From positions 1-62,010 of the forward strand of contig JANNRP010000387.1 in assembly GCA_031401535.1 (NCBI GenBank): a DNA stretch of 62,010 nt, written 5' to 3'. Shown here one piece after another: positions 1 to 8,997 of this stretch. The translations under genes were made by a program, and so were the position numbers. This stretch comes from Hyphomicrobiaceae bacterium (lineage in GTDB: Bacteria; Pseudomonadota; Alphaproteobacteria; Rhizobiales; Hyphomicrobiaceae). The notes under the pieces were generated by a model that worked only from the letters and a program-made list of their open reading frames with translations, ran no database searches and was not told the origin of the DNA. The stretch's first letter is position 1. Every line of letters begins with the position of its first letter.

Positions 1-2
1 CG

Positions 3-695
3 CTCGAAGAGCAGCGACGCTTACCCGACGTCGCCGCGCTCAACTTCGAGGAGCGGCTCGGTCTCCTCGTCGACCGTGAAGCCCTCAGCCGCAACAATAA
101 GAGGCTCGGCAGTCGGCTGAAGTTCGCTGGCCTCAGGCAAGCAGCCGTTATCGAAGACGTTGATATGAAAGCAGCGCGTCAGCTCGACAAGCCGCTGTTC
201 GCCAAGCTCGCCGCTGGCGACTGGATCGATCAGCGGCAGAACCTGATCATCATCGGGGAAACAGGCCTCGGGAAAAGTTGGCTCGCGTGCGCGCTTGGGC
301 ACAAAGCATGCCGCGATGACCGCGCCGTTCTCTATCAACGCGTACCGCGCATGTTCGATGCCTTGGCACTGGCGCGCGGCGATGGCCGCCATGCCCGGCT
401 GCTGAAGGTCATGAGCCGTGTCGAGCTGTTGATCCTGGACGACTGGGGCCTCGCCAGCTTAACGCAAGACCAAGGCCGCGACATGCTTGAGATTGTCGAT
501 GATCGGCACGGTCGGGGCAGCACCATCATCACCAGCCAGCTGGCGGTTGAGCACTGGCATGACGCCATCGCCAACCCGACCATTGCCGACGCGATTCTGG
601 ACCGGCTGGTGCACAATGCGCACCGGCTCAATCTGAAGGGAGAAAGTATCCGAAAAACAACCGCCAACAGATCACCGAACCATCTCGGGACTTGA
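3..695 (+). CDS. istB: IS21-family helper ATPase IstB (5' end possibly outside window)
   Basis: Frame 3 is open from nt 3 (LEEQRRLPDVAALNFEERLGLLVDRE...). Walker A GETGLGKS, Walker B LLILDDWG and the IITSQ motif give a typical IstB layout. Confidence 0.9.
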   Translation, partial: LEEQRRLPDVAALNFEERLGLLVDREALSRNNKRLGSRLKFAGLRQAAVIEDVDMKAARQLDKPLFAKLAAGDWIDQRQNLIIIGETGLGKSWLACALGHKACRDDRAVLYQRVPRMFDALALARGDGRHARLLKVMSRVELLILDDWGLASLTQDQGRDMLEIVDDRHGRGSTIITSQLAVEHWHDAIANPTIADAILDRLVHNAHRLNLKGESIRKTTANRSPNHLGT

Positions 696-742
696 CGAAA
701 AGACTCTAGCCTGAGACCCCTACAACCGTCGACGGGAACAGG

Positions 743-770
743 TGTCCGCAATCACCGTAATGCTGTCCGC
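743..770 (+). repeat. Direct TGTCCGC repeats at the IS21 terminus
   Basis: TGTCCGC occurs at 743-749 and 764-770, just before the junction with the disrupted host gene. IS21-type ends carry multiple short terminal repeats. Confidence 0.4.
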
Positions 771-772
771 CT

Positions 773-1036
773 TGGCGTTTCGCGGCCCGCGGTGCCCGTC
801 GATACAGGTGCGCGAAGGACCCAGCCATCGGCGTCGTAAACCGTGACTTGCTGCGTCTTGATCGACACGATCGCCATGATCGGCTCGCCGGCCTCGCGCG
901 GAGCCGTCATCTCGACCGGGGCGGTCGAGCGCTGCGGTTTCGCACTCGCGTCGGCGCTCAGTGCCGCCAGCGCCGCAACGGCGGCAATCGTTCCGAAGGC
1001 TGGATGTCTCGAACGTCGAAGGGTTGATTGCGTCAT
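773..1036 (-). pseudogene. L,D-transpeptidase (YkuD family), N-terminal fragment truncated by the IS21 insertion
   Basis: It has a signal peptide plus the start of the YkuD domain (IVSIKTQQVTVYDADGWVLRAPVSTGTAGRETP). The frame then reads into IS sequence (RRTALR*), and the catalytic His/Cys part is absent. Confidence 0.75.
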
Positions 1037-1398
1037 CGTTGAGAACTTTCCTGCCGCGGCCTAGCTAGATGCCAGTCCATGCCCGCTTCGAGCAAGCGGC
1101 AAATCGCTTTACATGCAGATCACCGCTGACTTCATTCTCCTTGCTGCACCGCCAGTTCCTCCGCTGACGCCGCGAGAAGGAATTCACAGGTTAATGTTGG
1201 GATTGGGAGCGGCAAGCTGACGCGAATTGGTCCGCTTCGGTCGTCGTCGAAACGGCAGCTTCTGGTCATTTGCGTTATGGTTCAACGGGTTGACCTACGC
1301 GATGCAGAGTAAGCCGACACCGGTGAACCGAAGATTCTCAGCGTCGACCGCGGCGGAAGCTCGTCCGCTGTCCCTCCGATAGCTGCGCCGGGTTCGGC

Positions 1399-2040
1399 AT
1401 GCCAGCCGATCTGACGAAGCCCAAGCTCAAAGTTGTGAGCAATGGCCGTGGCTCAGATGACCAGCCATCGGCCGCTGGTTATTCTGTGCGGATGACTCAG
1501 GCAGCAAGTCCTTCCCCCGCAATTGGCTCCACTATCTCGGTTGTTCATCTGGCATCAGCAATCAGGTCTGCGGCCAAGATGGGGCTCCAAGAGAAGGAAG
1601 GCGTCTGCGACAGGGTTTTCGCTACGCAACCCAACCTTCTGGGTTCGGTTTTGGCCGTGCGATCGTTCGGGGTCGACATGGCGACGATTGAGGTCCTACT
1701 TGATATTCTCATCGTGCTTCAGTTGGCCGTCGAGGAGAGCGGCCAAGTCCTTGCCACGGTGACAGAGGCAGATCAGGAGCGCGAGTTGCGGCGGTTCAAG
1801 GCCTCGGTTCAGTTCGCCGAGGGCCTATCAGGCGATGTATTCGCTCAATTGTTCAAGCAGACCACGGCATACAAACTGGAGCCCTTTCTTCTTGCGCACG
1901 TCTTCGATGTGCTCAAGCGCAGCGGTATCGCAGACTTCCGGGATGAAGCATCCAAGTATTCCTTTCTGGCGGCGATGAATCTCGTCAACTGCGTTGCGAC
2001 CGCAACGCGCATCGGCGTGGGCGCACGCCAATCAAGGTGA
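1399..2040 (+). CDS. Hypothetical protein
   Basis: 213-aa ORF with coding-like composition and no overlapping better ORF. No motif recognised. Confidence 0.45.
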   Translation: MPADLTKPKLKVVSNGRGSDDQPSAAGYSVRMTQAASPSPAIGSTISVVHLASAIRSAAKMGLQEKEGVCDRVFATQPNLLGSVLAVRSFGVDMATIEVLLDILIVLQLAVEESGQVLATVTEADQERELRRFKASVQFAEGLSGDVFAQLFKQTTAYKLEPFLLAHVFDVLKRSGIADFRDEASKYSFLAAMNLVNCVATATRIGVGARQSR

Positions 2041-2151
2041 GACTGAGCGAAGCAAAGGAAGCCGACCTCAGGCAAAGATCGGCACCTGTGTGTGGTCGTG
2101 ATACCTCGATCAACGGCCACGGAATCACGGTCCTGAGACAAGCGCCCTTCC

Positions 2152-3558
2152 TCATTCTGCGAGCAACGACCAGAATGCCGGCTTGCGGGCGTGCTCGCGC
2201 TTGAGCCGCGTCATGAACTCGGCGTGGCTCTCGTGACGCCCATAATCCTTAAGGTCGGACTGCTGACTCTCGATCTCCCGCACATGCCGCACTGCATGGC
2301 GGTAACGCGTGGATCGTGCCTTCTGCAGCGCGAAATCGATCAGGCGGCGGCGAAGCAGAACCGCGGCCAACGGGTGCCTGCCTTCCAATGCGGATGCAGC
2401 CGGGTCGAGCAGCTCGTAGAGATCGCCGTCGATCTCCTCGATGCGGGCATCGACAACGCGAGCCGCGCGGTCGAGCGCCGGCCAGTTGATCAGGAAGGCG
2501 AGCGCGGCATGTACGTTGCCGTGGTGCTCCACTTGGGCGAGGGCGGCACGCTCCGCCTCGACGTCGTCGAAATCGCCGAGCTGCCGAATGTAGGTTTTGA
2601 GATGCGGCGCGCTCAGATGCCGCTCGAACAATTCGAACCGCAGTGCCTGCGCATCGTCCTTGCGACTGAGCGCATCGAGCACGCCGATCCGGACATCGCT
2701 CCATTCGAGCGCCTTGAATTGGCGGTTCCGCTCGTTGGGCGCACCCTGGTCGAGATGGAACAGTGCCTCTTCCGGCCGGCCGGCGCGCAGGAGACGTTGG
2801 GCGATTTCGGTCGCAGAGGCCGGATTGGTGAGGTCGAAGCCCACGTAGGTGTCGATGAATGCATCGACATCGCTCTCGCAGTCGGCAATGTCGCGCAGCG
2901 CCAGCAGCAGGCCGCTCAGCGAGTAGTCGAAATGACCGGGCCGGACGGCGGCCCGCTTCTCCGAAACGAGATGCGCCCGACGGCGCTCCTCGAGTAACTG
3001 GCGCAGGGCGTTCCGCCCTTCGCAACCTAGCGCATCGCTTAGCGCGAGCACGATCCCATCATAGATGCCGTAGCCGTTGTCGATGATCCGCTGCAGAACC
3101 ATCGGCGCAATGTCGCCCGGCTTGATCTTAGCGCGCTTCAGGAGCGGCCCCAGATCCTGGCATGCAGACCGAAACAGTCCACCGACGCGGCCGCTGCTGT
3201 CGTCGAGACGCTCCAAGACGGAGGCATGAAGTTCGATGAGCTGCCAAAGCAGCTCGGCGGCGAGCTTGGGATTCCCGGCGCCGATGGTCTCGACGATCGC
3301 CCACCTCAGGCGCTCGAGCTCAGCCGCCAGCTCTCTCGCCTTCTCCGACGACACGAAGGCCCCGGAGCGTCCGATCTGTGCGAGCCGCTTGCGGATCTGA
3401 TGGCCGACCTCGGTGGACCCGGTCTCGGCGGCGAGCGCCATCTGAATGGCCTGCTTGAGCCGACGGTCTCGCCCCGCTTCCGCGATCAGGATCTCGGCGA
3501 GCCGCTTCGCGCCGAGCTTTGAGAGACTTTCAACGGTGAGCTTCGATCTTGCCGCCAT
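2152..3558 (-). CDS. Hypothetical helical protein (conserved-hypothetical type)
   Basis: Long ORF. The preferred start is MAARSKL at 3558, preceded by GGAG. The Leu/Ala/Arg-rich sequence looks all-helical, and no catalytic motif was recognised. Confidence 0.6.
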   Translation of the reverse strand: MAARSKLTVESLSKLGAKRLAEILIAEAGRDRRLKQAIQMALAAETGSTEVGHQIRKRLAQIGRSGAFVSSEKARELAAELERLRWAIVETIGAGNPKLAAELLWQLIELHASVLERLDDSSGRVGGLFRSACQDLGPLLKRAKIKPGDIAPMVLQRIIDNGYGIYDGIVLALSDALGCEGRNALRQLLEERRRAHLVSEKRAAVRPGHFDYSLSGLLLALRDIADCESDVDAFIDTYVGFDLTNPASATEIAQRLLRAGRPEEALFHLDQGAPNERNRQFKALEWSDVRIGVLDALSRKDDAQALRFELFERHLSAPHLKTYIRQLGDFDDVEAERAALAQVEHHGNVHAALAFLINWPALDRAARVVDARIEEIDGDLYELLDPAASALEGRHPLAAVLLRRRLIDFALQKARSTRYRHAVRHVREIESQQSDLKDYGRHESHAEFMTRLKREHARKPAFWSLLAE

Positions 3559-4002
3559 ACTGCCAGCTCCGTCACGTCGGTCCCCGCACCATGCCTCCGG
3601 CAGAGCGTCGATGTTGTCTTGCGAACAAAGTTTTCCACAGATGTAGGCCCGTTGTCGAAGTGCAGAGAAAGCGGCCATTCGCCGTCATTCGTTATCGACG
3701 GGGTATGCAGCAGTGAGGCACGACGGCTCAACCCCGATGATCAGACGTGCGTGGATCGAATGCCGAAACACCCTATGCCCGAATCCAACTGTATCGGCGG
3801 ACCAAACGATCAGCGATTTTTGTCCCCTCTCCGGGTGCATTCAAACCGTGCTGCTTCCGCAAACCCAAAGCCCCGGGCAAGATCTACGCACGCCACTGCC
3901 AAAAACATCGCTGTGGAAGTTGATGGAGTGTCAACGGCCTCAAGGGTGCGCGCATCCTGTGACCGAGCGATGCCGTGTCCTTGGTCCGAAGTTCGGGCTT
4001 TC

Positions 4003-5031
4003 TCAGGATACTGCGAGTTCAGCCATTCCTTCCGCGAACTCGACCTCCGGCTGCCAGCCGAGTTCAGTCTTCAGGCGGCTCGAATCCGCTGTGATGTGGC
4101 GCACATCCCCGAGGCGATAGCCGCCTGTAACAATGGGTGTTGGTCCGCGGAGTGTCGTTGCGAGCGCTGCCGCCATTTCGCCAACGGTGCGGGGCGTCCC
4201 TGAACCGACATTGAACGCTCGGACACCGCGGATGTGGCGCTCGCAGGCCAGAACCGTCGCCGCCGCGATGTCGCGGACGTGGATGAAGTCCCGACGCTGA
4301 CCGCCGTCCTCAAAAACCTTCGGTGCCTCCCCGCGGCGCAGCGCCGACGTGAAGATGGCGGCAACGCCGGCGTAAGGCGTATCGCGCGGCATGCCGGGGC
4401 CGTATACATTATGGTAGCGCAAGGCCGCCACCGAGCCGCCGGTCACGCGGGCCCAGTTGCTGGCATAGTATTCCTGCGCCATCTTGCTGCTCGCGTAGGC
4501 ATTGCGCGGATCGTGCGGCGCGTCTTCTTGCACAAGCATCGGCTTCAGCGCCTGTCCGCAGATCGGGCACGGTGGTTCAAATTGACCTGATGCCAGAGCG
4601 CTTTCTGTCCGCGGGCCGGGCATGACTGCCCCATGCTCGGCGCAAAGGCCGAAGCCCTCGCCATAGACGACCATGGAACTCGCGAGTGTCAGCCGCTGAA
4701 CCTTGGCCCGCGCCATCGCGGCGAGAAGCACCGCTGTTCCCGCATCATTGGACGACGCGTAATCTGGCAAGTCATCGACATTGACGCCGAGACCGACTTT
4801 TGCCGCCAGATGCACCACGGCTTCCACATCGCACAGCGCGCGGCCGACGGCCTCGCCATCACGGACATCACCGGCTTGGAACTCGACATCTGGTGGCGGC
4901 GTCCATTGGGTCTTGGCGTGCACATCAGGCCGAAGGGAATCTAGAACGCGGACCTCGTGTCCGCGCGCCAGCAGCTGGTGCAAGACATGCTGACCGATGA
5001 AACCCGCGCCGCCCGTCAACAGGATTCTCAT
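4003..5031 (-). CDS. NAD-dependent epimerase/dehydratase (extended SDR)
   Basis: Starts MRILLTGGAGFIGQH (Rossmann GxxGxxG) and has a YASSK catalytic Tyr/Lys. Its ATG at 5031 overlaps the upstream GT2 stop (ATGA). Confidence 0.9.
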   Translation of the reverse strand: MRILLTGGAGFIGQHVLHQLLARGHEVRVLDSLRPDVHAKTQWTPPPDVEFQAGDVRDGEAVGRALCDVEAVVHLAAKVGLGVNVDDLPDYASSNDAGTAVLLAAMARAKVQRLTLASSMVVYGEGFGLCAEHGAVMPGPRTESALASGQFEPPCPICGQALKPMLVQEDAPHDPRNAYASSKMAQEYYASNWARVTGGSVAALRYHNVYGPGMPRDTPYAGVAAIFTSALRRGEAPKVFEDGGQRRDFIHVRDIAAATVLACERHIRGVRAFNVGSGTPRTVGEMAAALATTLRGPTPIVTGGYRLGDVRHITADSSRLKTELGWQPEVEFAEGMAELAVS

Positions 5032-5777
5032 GGCGTCGTCCGATCCGTGGTTATTGGGTTTGTGGGTGCTCGCAGCGTGTAGCTGAGCCGGACAAACGTC
5101 GTCGTGATTTTCCAAGCGGCTTTCAAGCCGGCAACCACGTCGCCTGAAACCTTCGATACGCCACCCCGGCGGCAGCGATGGTCGACGGGAATCTCGACAA
5201 TGCGCAATCCATTGGCGGCGGTGCGCATCTGCATTTCGAGGTTCCAGCCGAACGTCTGCTCTTTCATCCCGAGAGCGCGGAGCTGGGCAATGCGCATGGC
5301 CCTAAAGGGCGACATGTCGGTAAACCTCACGCCATAGCGCATGCGCATCAGCACGCCAGCAAGCCAGCCCGCAACGATTTGCTGGGGCGTCATGCTGCCG
5401 ACCTCGCGGGTGCCGCGCAGGCGAGAGCCCATAGTGAAATCAGCTTCGTCGCGGGCGACGGGGCCGATCACAGCCGACAAAAAGCGCGGGACATCGCTGC
5501 CATCGCCATCCAGAAAACAGACCACGTCGAAATCCGGCGGCACGGCGGCAAAGCCTGCAGCGCAGGCGCGGCCGTAGCCCGGCTGGGGTTCGCTAATGAC
5601 GTTTGCGCCAGCCACGGCTGCCACGCGTGCAGTGTCATCAGTGGAACCATTATCCACGACAATGACTAGGTCGACTCCTTCGGCCAACACTTCGCATACC
5701 ACCCCAGCAATTGGAATGGCCTCGTTGAGGCAGGGAATAACAACCGCCACACGGGAATTTATCGGACCCAACCGCAT
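5028..5777 (-). CDS. Family 2 glycosyltransferase (polyprenol-phosphate sugar synthase-like)
   Basis: VAVVIPCLNEA...VVDNGSTDDT...FLDGDGSD are GT-A fold DxD-type motifs. Confidence 0.85.
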   Translation of the reverse strand: MRLGPINSRVAVVIPCLNEAIPIAGVVCEVLAEGVDLVIVVDNGSTDDTARVAAVAGANVISEPQPGYGRACAAGFAAVPPDFDVVCFLDGDGSDVPRFLSAVIGPVARDEADFTMGSRLRGTREVGSMTPQQIVAGWLAGVLMRMRYGVRFTDMSPFRAMRIAQLRALGMKEQTFGWNLEMQMRTAANGLRIVEIPVDHRCRRGGVSKVSGDVVAGLKAAWKITTTFVRLSYTLRAPTNPITTDRTTP

Positions 5778-5800
5778 TTAGTTCGCATCCTGTTGGAGGC

Positions 5801-6517
5801 TCAAAGGCGGACCGCTGTGCTTGACGCGGCGCCGTGCCGCGCCAGAAACGCGCGTGTCGCGGGGGCGGGTGCACCAGGGATTTGTGAAATCGTTATCGCG
5901 GCTCCAGACAATTCATCCTCCAGCATTTTCAGCGAAGCAGCATCGTCGACATCATACCAGCCGGGCACGTTAACCACGGGAAGGCCAATCTCTCTCGCTC
6001 GGACGACGGTCAAGTCATATACTGCGTTCGTACTCCATGGAATCTCGGCAAACAGCCGCGCGTGGGGCTTGGACAAGCCAATCAGGGTGTACCCCCCATC
6101 ATACGCAGGGCTGAGCACCACACAGTCGCCAGTCCGCACCGCCGCGACTGCGTCGTGCAGAATCGACAACGGTAGCGTCGGACTGTCCGAATTGATCAGG
6201 ATCGCGCCCTCATGGCCTTTCGCCAGCAGATCGGTGATCCCCTGCAAAAGCCGCTCGCCTAATGAGCCGTCCGACTGCAAGGTCAAATCGAAGCCGTCGG
6301 GTAGCAGGGATCGCAATCGTGCCTCGGAGCCGAGCGGCGTATAGACGGCGTATCCGACCGCATCGTCCGGCGTCAGCGCGTTGATCGTCTGTGCTAAATC
6401 CGAGATGAAGCAGGCCGAGATCTCGGCACACTCTTCGGCGCGAAGTGGCGGACTCAACCGGGTCTTGGATTGCCCCGGTGCCGGTGTCTTGCACATGATC
6501 GCAACGGCGATGCTCAA
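5801..6517 (-). CDS. DUF2064 / CofC-like nucleotidyl- or glycosyl-transferase (TIGR04282-like)
   Basis: VAIMCKTPAPGQSKTRLSPPL N-terminus, INSDSPTLP and YDGGYTLIG motifs are typical of DUF2064. Confidence 0.8.
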   Translation of the reverse strand: MSIAVAIMCKTPAPGQSKTRLSPPLRAEECAEISACFISDLAQTINALTPDDAVGYAVYTPLGSEARLRSLLPDGFDLTLQSDGSLGERLLQGITDLLAKGHEGAILINSDSPTLPLSILHDAVAAVRTGDCVVLSPAYDGGYTLIGLSKPHARLFAEIPWSTNAVYDLTVVRAREIGLPVVNVPGWYDVDDAASLKMLEDELSGAAITISQIPGAPAPATRAFLARHGAASSTAVRL

Positions 6518-6729
6518 GCAGTCCTCCCCAGGTCCATTCCCTCCAGGCTACGTAGCATGCTCCCTGCGGGGGTGGTGCGTGCCCGGCAAAGGCCCTTCCA
6601 TCATTTCTCTGTGACTAGACATACTGCAAATGTGCTTTCATGGTGAGTTGTTCGGCGCGTGGCAGGCGAACGCGGTATGGCCTGAAGAATGGAGCACGGC
6701 TCGGGGAAGTCCGTGTGCGCGGGGCAAAC

Positions 6730-8103
6730 ATGTTGGACAGAATGCGTGAGATCGCACGGGGATTGGGTCCTTTACACGCTCGGTGTCGAGCAAAGCAGCC
6801 GCAAGTGACGCTAGCCTTGGTGGCCTTGCTGCTTGTGCTCGCCGCTGCGGTTGCTCCAGCACTGCATAGGTCTGTCGGGGGCATGGCCTGGCTGGGGTTG
6901 ATCTTCGTCTGGGCCGGCCTCGCGTACGTGGCCGTCCGCATCGCGGCAACGATCCCAGCACGTGCAGCGCTGGCGATCGTGCTCGGTGGGGCAGCGCTGA
7001 TGCGCTTGCCCCTGCTGATCGAACCGCCCTATTTGTCATCCGACATGTACCGCTATGTCTGGGATGGTCGCGTTCAGGGCAACGGCATCAATCCCTATTT
7101 GCATGTGCCAGCGGCACCTGCGCTCGCACATCTGCGCGACACCGCTATTTATCCAAATATCAATCGCGCCGATTATGCGCCAACGATCTATCCGCCGGCA
7201 GCGCAGATGCTGTTCTGGTTGATCACGCGTTTTGGCGACAGCGTGCTCGCCATGAAGCTCGGCTTTCTCGCCTTTGAAGCTCTCGCGATGGCGGCGCTCA
7301 TCGGCATCCTCCGCCAGCTGTCCTTGCCGCCAACACACGTGGTCGCTTTTGCGTGGCATCCACTGACTGTATGGGAAATCGCGGGCAATGCCCACGTCGA
7401 TGCGGTCCTGGTCAGTCTGATGTTGGTCAGCCTGCTTGTCGCGCTGCGCGATCAGACCTTGGCGGCCGGAGCAATCGCGAGCGTCGCGGTGTTTCTCAAA
7501 CCAACAGCCTTGCTGTTGATGCCGGTGTTGTGGCGGCCCTGGAACTGGAAATTGCCGCTCCTGCTCGTCGTGATCGGTGGCGCGCTGTACGCGCCATATC
7601 TTGGCGCGGGCCAAAAGGTTTTCGGGTTTCTGAGTGGCTACGTCGCCGAGGAGGAACTGGGCTCCGGCGGTGGTTTTCGCTATTTGAAGCTTTTGGAAAG
7701 TGTCACGGGAACGATCCCGCATGGTGGAACGCTTTATCTCGTTGCGGCCGCGTTGATCCTTGCAGGGCTCGCGCTGCGCATCGGTTTCCGTGCTGACCGA
7801 TCCCCCGCCGCGACAGTCCGGGTGACCGCGCTGCTGCTCATCGCGTTTCTCGTTCTGCTGACACCGCACTATCCCTGGTATTATCTCGCCATCGCGCCGT
7901 TGCTCGCGTTGCAGCCGCGTATGCTGACACCATGGGTTCTCGTGACCGGTGGCTTTCTTCTCTATGATGTGATCGCGGGTGACCGCATGGCACCGTTTGC
8001 AGTGCGCGATGGGGCCTTACACCTGACCGCATCGGCAGCGCTGACTTATGATTATTGGAATGCACGAAGGCTTGAGCGTGCGCCATCGAAGGCCAATTCA
8101 TGA
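6730..8103 (+). CDS. Polytopic membrane glycosyltransferase-like protein (DUF2029 / GT87-like)
   Basis: Many TM helices. A conserved periplasmic-loop motif SSDMYRYVWDGRVQGNGINPY is present. The start is uncertain (ORF opens at 6640; ATG at 6730 preferred). Confidence 0.7.
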   Translation: MLDRMREIARGLGPLHARCRAKQPQVTLALVALLLVLAAAVAPALHRSVGGMAWLGLIFVWAGLAYVAVRIAATIPARAALAIVLGGAALMRLPLLIEPPYLSSDMYRYVWDGRVQGNGINPYLHVPAAPALAHLRDTAIYPNINRADYAPTIYPPAAQMLFWLITRFGDSVLAMKLGFLAFEALAMAALIGILRQLSLPPTHVVAFAWHPLTVWEIAGNAHVDAVLVSLMLVSLLVALRDQTLAAGAIASVAVFLKPTALLLMPVLWRPWNWKLPLLLVVIGGALYAPYLGAGQKVFGFLSGYVAEEELGSGGGFRYLKLLESVTGTIPHGGTLYLVAAALILAGLALRIGFRADRSPAATVRVTALLLIAFLVLLTPHYPWYYLAIAPLLALQPRMLTPWVLVTGGFLLYDVIAGDRMAPFAVRDGALHLTASAALTYDYWNARRLERAPSKANS

Positions 8104-8975
8104 CCACCCCGACACACAGCGACGCCAGAAAGACTGCGTACGTCCTCGCTGGCGGCGGCAGTCTTGGCGCGGTGCAGGTTGGCATGCTCAAAGCTCTTGC
8201 GGCACATGGAATGCGGCCTGACTTCGTCGTCGGAGCCAGCGCCGGTGCGATCAATGGCGCATATGTTGCGGCTCGACCGGACCTTATTGGTATCCAGGAA
8301 CTTGAGCGGCTGTGGACGACGACCAAGCGCGGCGACATTTTTCCACTCAGCTTCCGCACGTTGGCACGCGTGGTTATTCAACGCGATTTCCTGTTGGAAA
8401 CCGGCGCGCTAGAATCATTGATCGAACGCAACTTGCCGTATCGCCGACTGGAAGACGCGCCAATTCCGATTCACATCGTGACGACAGATTTTCTGAGCGG
8501 CGAAATGGTTGTGCTCTCCGTCGGCCCCGCCGCAAAAGCCATTGTCGCATCTTGCTCGATTCCGGCGGCGTTCCCGGCCGTCGCGATTGGCAAGCGCCAT
8601 CTCGTCGATGGCGGCCTTGTCAGTAATACGCCGATCAAACTCGCCCGCGATCTCGGCGCCACGCGTTTGATCATCTTACCGACTGGCCATGCCTGCGCGC
8701 TGCGTCTGCCGCCACGCGGCGCCATCTCAAGTGCGTTGCACGGGTTGACGCTGCTGGTCGCTGGCCAGATCGTGAAGGAACTCGAAACGCTCGATGCCGG
8801 CTGCGACTTTCATGTGGTGCCGTCGTTGTGCCCGCTGGGCTCATCAGCTTATGATTTCACGCATTCAAGCGCACTGATCGACCGCGCGGAACAGCAGACG
8901 CGGGATTGGTTGAACACCGGCGGCCTGGACCGTTGCGACATCCCCGATGCGCTGCGGCCGCACAGTCACCATTGA
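8100..8975 (+). CDS. Patatin-like phospholipase
   Basis: GGGSLGA oxyanion loop, GASAG (GxSxG) nucleophile and DGG catalytic Asp. The start overlaps the upstream stop (ATGA). Confidence 0.9.
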   Translation: MTTPTHSDARKTAYVLAGGGSLGAVQVGMLKALAAHGMRPDFVVGASAGAINGAYVAARPDLIGIQELERLWTTTKRGDIFPLSFRTLARVVIQRDFLLETGALESLIERNLPYRRLEDAPIPIHIVTTDFLSGEMVVLSVGPAAKAIVASCSIPAAFPAVAIGKRHLVDGGLVSNTPIKLARDLGATRLIILPTGHACALRLPPRGAISSALHGLTLLVAGQIVKELETLDAGCDFHVVPSLCPLGSSAYDFTHSSALIDRAEQQTRDWLNTGGLDRCDIPDALRPHSHH

Positions 8976-8997
8976 GGGCATCGTCAGCCGCTAAAAC

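Larger units (their letters stand above)
1..771 (+). mobile_element. IS21-family insertion sequence, right-hand part (rest lies left of the window)
   Basis: The istB gene runs off the left edge. About 75 bp downstream of it are two direct TGTCCGC copies. The flanking L,D-transpeptidase frame loses homology at ~772. Confidence 0.8.

Noticed and set aside
2191-2997. Long antisense or alternative-frame ORFs throughout the track. Examples are 2191-2997(+), 10582-11217(+), 19400-20143(-), 22560-23480(-), 36221-36892(+), 42332-43141(+), 46129-46899(+) and 50803-51807(+).
   Set aside because: Each lies fully inside, and opposite or out of frame to, an ORF with clear family motifs. Their products are Arg/Ala/Pro/Gly-rich, as expected for shadow frames in GC-rich DNA. 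No RBS or motif support.
3619-4203. ORFs 3619-4203(+) and 3713-4120(+) in the gap upstream of the 468-aa hypothetical gene.
   Set aside because: They overlap the 3' end of the epimerase gene on the opposite strand, lack an RBS and have non-coding-like composition. The 3559-4002 gap is treated as intergenic.
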